A stretch of DNA of 64,000 nucleotides from Macrostomum lignano. Its lineage: Eukaryota. Made by a program: the position numbers and the translations under genes. Every line of letters begins with the position of its first letter. Within the stretch, counting starts at the first letter, position 1. Below, piece after piece: positions 56,769-64,000 of this stretch. A model generated the notes under the pieces. The model ran no database searches, was not told where the DNA came from, and was given only the letters and a program-made list of their open reading frames with translations. The stretch lies in assembly GCA_002269645.1 (NCBI GenBank), contig NIVC01000344.1:262745-326744 (forward strand). The letters are read 5' to 3'.

Positions 56769-57548
56769 TCAGGAGGCGCACCGAATGCTGTCCTCCCTGT
56801 CAATTGTCTCCAGCGTGAGCCGCAGCGACTTAACATCGGCATCCTCAGCAGCCGACAAGCCGGCACTATCGACGCCGCCGCCAACATCGGCGACAACTTC
56901 GGCCAGCCGATCGCCCAGCAGCAGCCGGCGCCGGGCCTCCGCCAGCTCGGACGGCAGCTGTCGATTGCAGCAGACAACAACGAAGCCTCCGCCTGCGACA
57001 ATCCGCCGCCGTCGAATCCCAATTCAACAGCATCTTCAAGAGCGTCTAGCAGCTGCTGGCCGAGGCTGGCGGCCCCGCCGGCAGCGGCTCCGCAGCGGAG
57101 GCGAGCTCCGAACTCGGCTGGCAGGCCGGCAGGCGTCAGCGCCGCCCGAATGTCGGGCAGAGGCGGCAGGCGACCCCGCCGGTGCATTGACCAGCACAGC
57201 AGCAGCAGCAGGTGCCAGTCGGTCAGGCCGGGCTCGAGCTCAGGCATCAGCAGGCACTGCATAGCAACTAGGATTGGGCGCAGCGGGGGGCAATGCTTGG
57301 CCAGCTCGATGCCCAACTGCTGGTCGAGCATCGCCCGGCTCCGCTCGGCCTCGCCGTGAATCGAATCGATGCGGATCCGGCAGTCAAGGAGGCTGTGCCG
57401 CAGGACCAGACTGGCAGCATTCTCCATTGTGCCCGACTCCACAGAGCAGCTGGGGTCCGCCAGCAGCAGCAGGCGTGCCAGAGTGGACGGAGTTGGCGCC
57501 GGCGAAGAGCGAAGCAGATCGAACAGCTGCTCAGCCTGGGTGGAGTAG
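56769..57548 (-). CDS. cGLR-like gene, C-terminal helical-lobe exon
   Basis: ctctgcag|C, phase 2, matches the previous donor (REPR|YSTQ); [13 protein letters not shown]; after a 1-bp shift [14 protein letters not shown]...SIRCAS, TGA 56771-56769. Confidence 0.72.
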
Positions 57549-60500
57549 CTGCAGAGAGATTTGGGAGATTAGGTGGAATGTTGAGTGCATGTGGGAGAAT
57601 AAGGTTGGGTGGGATCAGGGTGATTGGGATCTAGATGGGAAAAGAGTGGGATCTAGATGGGAAAGAGTGGGATCTAGATGGGAAAGAGTGGGATCTAGAT
57701 GGGAAAGAGTGGGATCTAGATGGGAAAGAGTGGGATCTAGATGAGAGAGTGGAATCTAGATGAGAGAGTGGGATCTAGATGGGAGAGTGGGATCTAGATG
57801 AGAGAGTGAGATCTAGATGAGATAGTGTGATCTAGATGGGAGAGTGAGATCTAGATGAGAGAGTGAGATCTAGATGAGATAGTGTGATCTAGATGGGAGA
57901 GTGGGATCTAGATGAGAGAGTGTGATCTAGATGAGAGTGGAATCTAGATGGGAGAGTGGGATCTAGATGGGAGAGTGGGATCTAGATGGGAGAGTGGGAT
58001 CTAGATGAGATAGTGTGATCTAGATGGGAGAGTGGGATCTAGATGAGAGAGTGTGATCTAGATGAGAGTGGAATCTAGATGGGAGAGTGGGATCTAGATG
58101 GGAGAGTGGGATCTAGATGGGAGAGTGGGATCTAGATGAGAGAGTGTGATCTAGATGAGAGTGGAATCTAGATGGGAGAGTGGGATCTAGATGGGAGAGT
58201 GGGATCTAGATGGGAGAGTGGGATCTAGATGGGAGAGTGGGATCTAGATGGGAGAGTGAGATCTAGATGAGAGAGTGGGATCTAGATGAGAGAGTGGGAT
58301 CTAGATGGAGAGTGTGATCTAGATGAGAGAGTGTGATCTAGATGGGAGAGTGTGATCTAGATGAGAGAGTGGAATCTAGATGGGAGAGTGGGATCTAGAT
58401 GAAAAAGAATGGGATCTGGGTCGGGAGAATGTTATCCTTGCACTAAAATATAGGAGTTTAAGGATGGGAAAGATAAATGATGTAAGGATGGGGAAGATCG
58501 GTGTAGGAAGATGGAAGATCAGTGTGGGAAGATGGGAAGATCAGTGTGGGAAGATGGCAAGATCAGTGTGGGAAGATGGGAAGATCAGTGTGGGAAGATG
58601 GGAAGATCAGTGTGGGAAGATGGCAAGATCAGTGTGGGAAGATGGCAAGATCAGTGTGGGAAGATGGGAAGATCAGTATGGCATATAATAAGCCATGACG
58701 TCAGATCCCAATATAAAGTTGAATGAAGTTATAGTTAAAATAAAATAATTTACGAACTAAACTGACGCCGGCAAAGCGAAATTATTTAAGAAAGCGAATA
58801 ATCTGGTCAAAGCAGTGAATAGCTTCGCGCGCGTCACTACACGAGCCGTTTGTTGAAAAGAAATTGAAACAGAAAGTCAAAGGAATACAAATCCGCACTT
58901 ATTCAAGCGAACGTCACAGGCTGTTCATAGGTTGCAGAAGAGATTTTTTCACCAAGAGAACGGATGGATAATCGTTGCGCCCTGTTATTCAATTTAATTG
59001 GCTCAATTTAGCCAGGCAAACCGCCTCCCAAATACTGCATTGGTAATTAAATGCATTGCAGCTGCTTATTCGGCAAATCCTCTGGCTGACTGAACCAGCC
59101 TTGAGGCTACGCTTCAAAGAGATTTTAGGGCCTGGACAGGTGTACAGGTGTGACGCATCCTTCATAATTAGGGCCGTATTTTGACGTATTTTATTGCGGA
59201 AATAAAACAAATAAAACAGTTAGGGTTTAAATCAATCTGCCGACTTTCTAAGAAAATCCTAATCTTATAATTGAATACTATCATTCTCATCCTATAGAAA
59301 TAATATCTAATCACAGCGAACTCCTCATTTATAAATCCCACCCAGCACTTAGAAATCCCACCCAGCATTTATAAATTCCACTCAACATTTAAAATTCCCA
59401 CCCATCACTTAGAAATTCCACCAATCACTTAGAAATCCCACCAGCATTTAGAAATCCCACTTAACTTTTAGAAATCCCACCCAACATTTAGAAATCCCAC
59501 TCAACATTTAGAAATCCTACTCAACATTTAGAAATCCACCCACATTTAGAAACCCCACCCAACATTTAGAAATCCCACTCAACATTTAGAAATCCTACTC
59601 AACATTTAGAAATCCCACCCAACATTTAGAAATCCCACTCAACATTTAGAAATCCCACTCAACATTTAGAAATCCCACTCAACATTTAGAAATCCCACTC
59701 AACATTTAGAAATCCCACTCAACATTTAGAAATTCCACTCAACATTTAGAAATTCCACTCAACATTTAGAAATCCCACTCAACATTTGGAAATCCCACTC
59801 AACATTTAGAAATCCCACTCAACATTTAGAAATCCCACTCAACATTTAGAATTCCCACCATCATTTAGAAATCCCACTCAACATTTAGAAATCCACTCAA
59901 CATTTAGAAATCCCACTCAACATTTAGAAATCCCACCAGCATTTAGAAATCCCACCAAGCATTTGAAATCCCACTCAACATTTAGAAATCCCACCCAACA
60001 TTTAGAAATCCCACTCAACATTTAGAAATTCCACTCAACATTTAGAAATCCCACCCAGCATTTAGAAATCCCAAAAAGCATTTGGAAATCCCACTCAACA
60101 TTTAGAAATCCCATCCAACAATTAGAATTCCACACAGCATTTAGAAAGCCCACTCAACATTTAGAAATCTCACCCAGCATTTAGAAATCCCACTCAAAAT
60201 TTAGAAATCCCACCCAACAATTAGAATTCCTCACAGCATTTAGAAATCCCACTCTCAACATTTAGAAATCCCACTCAACATTTAGAAAGCCCACTCAACA
60301 TTTAGAAATCTCACGCATTTAGAAATCCCCAAAGCATTTGGAAATCCCACTCAACATTTAGAAATCCCATCCAAGCGAAATCCTCACCGAGGCTCCCTAG
60401 TGTTAAACGCGGCCGCGTCAACCGCCGCGGGTTCCTTCGACCGACCGCCGCCGCCGCTGCCACCCCGGCACTGCCGTTGCCTCGCAGCATCAGCAGGCTG

Positions 60501-61839
60501 AGCGCGCGCCCCTGACGCCGAAGCCGCAGCGGGAGCCGCCGACAATGACCACCGCCGGTCGAGCCCTACCGCCGCCGCCAGCCGGTCGCACTGGACGGCC
60601 ACCAGATGACGCGCCAGCAGCTCAGGCTCCGGCAGCAGAGCGACAGACACAGCCGCATGGCCTGGCCGGACAAACCGGCAGCTGTAAAATTTGTCGGGCT
60701 GGTCGCCAGGCTGAGCCCGGCTAGGCGGAACACGCCAGGGCTCAGGCGCTGGCGTCGGCACTCCGACGATTCAGCCGCCGCCGCCAAGGCCCAGGCCGGG
60801 TCGCCGAGCACCGGCGACGGTAGGAAGAATCTGCCGCTTCGTGCGGCTGCAGTCCCGGCGCCGACCAGGTAGTCGCGAACCTCGGACCAATGCTCCAGCT
60901 CCACTAGCAGGGCGCCGCAGCCGGCGCCGCTGCGCAGAAAGTACGCGGCTTGGCGAAGCCGCCGGGGCCGCCAACCGCTGACTTCGAGCAGCGACGGCGC
61001 CGCCAGCGCAGCCGGGTGGACGCGCGCTAAAAGGCAGCGCGCCGCAGTGGCGCGGATTGCTGTTAAGCCTTTTGTCTGGAAAATGTTCAGACAGTATGCT
61101 GACGGCACCCAGTTTCATTACTCGCAAGCCTCATTCCAGCCTGATTATCATGGACTGGAGTCTGTCTGGTCTTAGTGCTATTGTCTGTATTTTCTTTTCT
61201 TAGCGCGCCACTGTGTCTGTCTTGTCCTGTCTTAGCACCACTGTGTCGTCTGTCCTGTCTTAGCGCCACTGTGTCTGTCTTGTCCTGTCTTAGCGCACTG
61301 TGTCTGTCTTGTCCTGTCTTAGCGCCATTGTGTCTGTCTTGTCCTGTCTTAGTGCCATTGTGTCTGTCTTGTCCTGTTTTAGCGCCATTGTGTCTGTCTT
61401 GTCCTGTCTTAGCGCCATTGTGTCTGTCTTGTCCTGTCTTAGTGCCATTGTGTCTGTCTTGTCTGTCTTAGCACCACTGTGTCTGTCTTGTCCTGTCTTA
61501 GCGCCACTGTGTCTGTCTTGTCCTGTCTTAGCGCCACTGTGTCTGTCTTTTCCTGTCTTAGCGCCATTGTGTCCGTCCTGTCTTTGTCTTTGTCTCCTGT
61601 CTCTGTCTCTACAGTCGTGTCTGTATCTGTCCGTCTGTCAGTCTGTCTGTCAATCAATCAGTCAGTCAGCATTTTTAAATTGGAAAATAATCTCAAAGCT
61701 AATTCAAACGCACTAAATAACCCTGATCTCTTGGCATCGCTTCATTGCCATTTTCTACCCTCTTTGAATTAGTGAGGCTTTGGTTGTACTTTTTCAGCAA
61801 ACCTCTGCTGCTGTCATTGAGTGCGCTTGGCGGACGCAG
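56769..61839 (-). CDS. Divergent Mab-21/cGAS-like (cGLR-fold) protein, probably catalytically inactive; 5' end unresolved
   Basis: Phase-compatible exons 61839-61759, 61075-60762, 60681-60388, 57548-56769 (1-bp indel near 56960). Mab-21/cGAS-type motifs occur in the expected order; see findings. Confidence 0.55.
57628..58410. repeat. 19-bp minisatellite GGGATCTAGATGGGAGAGT
   Basis: Period 19. Confidence 0.95.
58490..58680. repeat. 22-bp minisatellite GATCAGTGTGGGAAGATGGGAA
   Basis: Period 22. Confidence 0.93.
59330..60375. repeat. 20-bp minisatellite AACATTTAGAAATCCCACTC
   Basis: Period 20. Confidence 0.96.
60388..61075 (-). CDS. cGLR-like gene, NTase-lobe exon(s); possible 80-nt intron 60761-60682
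   Basis: GC-rich island; acceptor ttttccag at 61076; donor CG|gtgagg at 60387; internal frame switch resolved by GA|gtgccg...ttttacag|C. Confidence 0.7.
61170..61680. repeat. 30-bp minisatellite grading into TCTG repeats
   Basis: AGCGCCATTGTGTCTGTCTTGTCCTGTCTT. Confidence 0.92.
61759..61839 (-). CDS. cGLR-like gene, 81-nt exon between two satellites
   Basis: aaagcag|CTG...AGG|gtagaa; [27 protein letters not shown]; phase 0 matches ttttccag|ACA at 61075. Confidence 0.5.
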
Positions 61840-61852
61840 CTGCTTTATGCAA

Positions 61853-61911
61853 GATAGATAGATAGATAGATAGATAGGATAGATAGATAGATGATAGATA
61901 GATAGATAGAT

Positions 61912-61977
<66 letters not shown>

Positions 61978-62011
61978 GATAGATAGATAGATAGATGATA
62001 GATAGATAGAT

Positions 62012-62066
<55 letters not shown>

Positions 62067-62079
62067 GATAGATAGATGG

Positions 62080-62111
<32 letters not shown>

Positions 62112-62180
62112 AGATAGATAGATAGATAGATAGATAGACAGATAGATAGATAGATAGATAGATAGATGATAGATAGATGG

Positions 62181-62236
<56 letters not shown>

Positions 62237-62333
62237 CAGATACGAGCGTAGATAGATGATAGATAGATAGATAGATAGATAGATGATAGATAGATAGATG
62301 ATAGATAGATAGATGATAGATAGATAGATAGAT

Positions 62334-62376
<43 letters not shown>

Positions 62377-62389
62377 GATAGATAGATGG

Positions 62390-62470
<81 letters not shown>

Positions 62471-62483
62471 GATAGATAGATGG

Positions 62484-62543
<60 letters not shown>

Positions 62544-62583
62544 CAGATACGAGCGTAGATAGATGATAGATAGATAGATAGAT

Positions 62584-62638
<55 letters not shown>

Positions 62639-62657
62639 GATAGATAGATAGATAGAT

Positions 62658-62724
<67 letters not shown>

Positions 62725-62737
62725 GATAGATAGATGG

Positions 62738-62813
<76 letters not shown>

Positions 62814-62942
62814 GATAGATAGATAGATAGATGATAGATAAATAGACAGATAGATAGATAGATAGATAGATGATAGATAGATAAATAAATAGACAAATAG
62901 ATAGATAGACAGATAGACAGCTAGATAAGATGATAGATAGAT
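61853..62942. repeat. Imperfect (GATA)n
   Basis: Seen directly. Confidence 0.98.
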
Positions 62943-63334
62943 AAACGGCATAGGCGATTAGGTTTCAATCGCATAAGAATTTTATCCTTTTATGTCTATT
63001 TTTACAACCAGAGCCTGAGGCAGAAAAGTCGCGTCCTAATGCGCTCTGTAGAGCGATTATCATTTTGTGGAACAGAAATTCTATTTTAAGAAATAATTGA
63101 AGCTTGCCCCATCAGCCCATTGAGCACCGTAGACCAGCCTTGGTTCAGAAAAGGCTTCTTCTTCTACGAGTAGAATGAACCGCGAAGAGGCTTTTGCAAT
63201 TAAAAAGATATTCAATGATGGATATGAAGAATTGGTCTTCAGCGATTAATGTTGTAGTATGGCTAGGACTGGATGATCTCGACCCTTCTCAAATTAATAT
63301 CGTTGTAATCTCAAATATAGACGGACATAATACA

Positions 63335-63353
63335 GACAGACTGAAAGACAGAA

Positions 63354-63414
<61 letters not shown>

Positions 63415-63429
63415 CTAAGACAGACACTA

Positions 63430-63478
<49 letters not shown>

Positions 63479-63866
63479 CTAAGACAGACAGACAGACAGA
63501 CAAACACTAAGACAGACAGACACTAAGACAGACAGACAGACAGACACTAAGACAGACAGACAGACAGACAGACACTAAGACAGACAGACAGACAGACAAA
63601 CACTAAGACAGACAGACACTAAGACAGACAGACACTAAGACACTAAGACAGACAGACAGACAGACAGACACTAAGACAGACAGACACTAAGACAGACAGA
63701 CACTAAGACAGACAGACAGACAGACACTAAGACAGACAGAGAGACAGACAGACAGACAGACACTAATAAAGACAGACAGACAGACAGACAGAACGACAGA
63801 CACTAAGACAGACAGACAGACAGACAGACACTAAGACAGACAGACAGACAGAACAGACAGACACTA

Positions 63867-63909
<43 letters not shown>

Positions 63910-63912
63910 CTA

Positions 63913-63948
<36 letters not shown>

Positions 63949-64000
63949 CTAGACGACACTAAGACAGACAGACAGACACTAAGAAAGACAGACAGACAGA
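63335..64000. repeat. (GACA)n with CACTAA interruptions, running off the window end
   Basis: Seen directly. Confidence 0.97.

Noticed and set aside
56769-61108. Passing resemblance of [12 protein letters not shown] to the FANCF N-terminus
   Set aside because: It is a single short segment. The ordered multi-motif match to Mab-21/cGAS explains the protein better.
63100-63200. Possible upstream exon of the cGLR-like gene (KKKPFLNQGWST...)
   Set aside because: The acceptor is plausible, but there is no convincing donor or motif; left unassigned.

Overview
Eukaryotic (metazoan) genomic DNA, with no prokaryotic features or CRISPR arrays. GC-rich spliced exons sit as islands between about 40 different mini- and microsatellite arrays. 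This architecture resembles the flatworm Macrostomum, but that is inference only. Nearly all long ORFs in the supplied track are repeat artefacts. Manual splicing supports four host genes. (1) A 10-exon membrane-anchored CLCA-family gene (+, 3492-12163). (2) A 3-exon Ptf1a bHLH gene (-, 34198-13809), whose C-terminal HSLGW/KLWIPE exon lies 13 kb from the bHLH exon. (3) An intronless IER-family (IER2/IER5-like) gene (-, 49373-48870). (4) A divergent Mab-21/cGAS-like (cGLR-fold) gene that lacks the catalytic acidic residues (-, >=61839-56769). Mobile DNA: a full-length, nearly intact LOA-clade non-LTR retrotransposon (19039-24785) inserted in a minisatellite inside Ptf1a intron 2, a tRNA-derived CORE-like SINE in CLCA intron 3, and a mariner remnant. 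Several isolated 1-bp frameshifts in otherwise intact coding regions suggest long-read consensus errors. All family assignments come from remembered motifs, not database searches.
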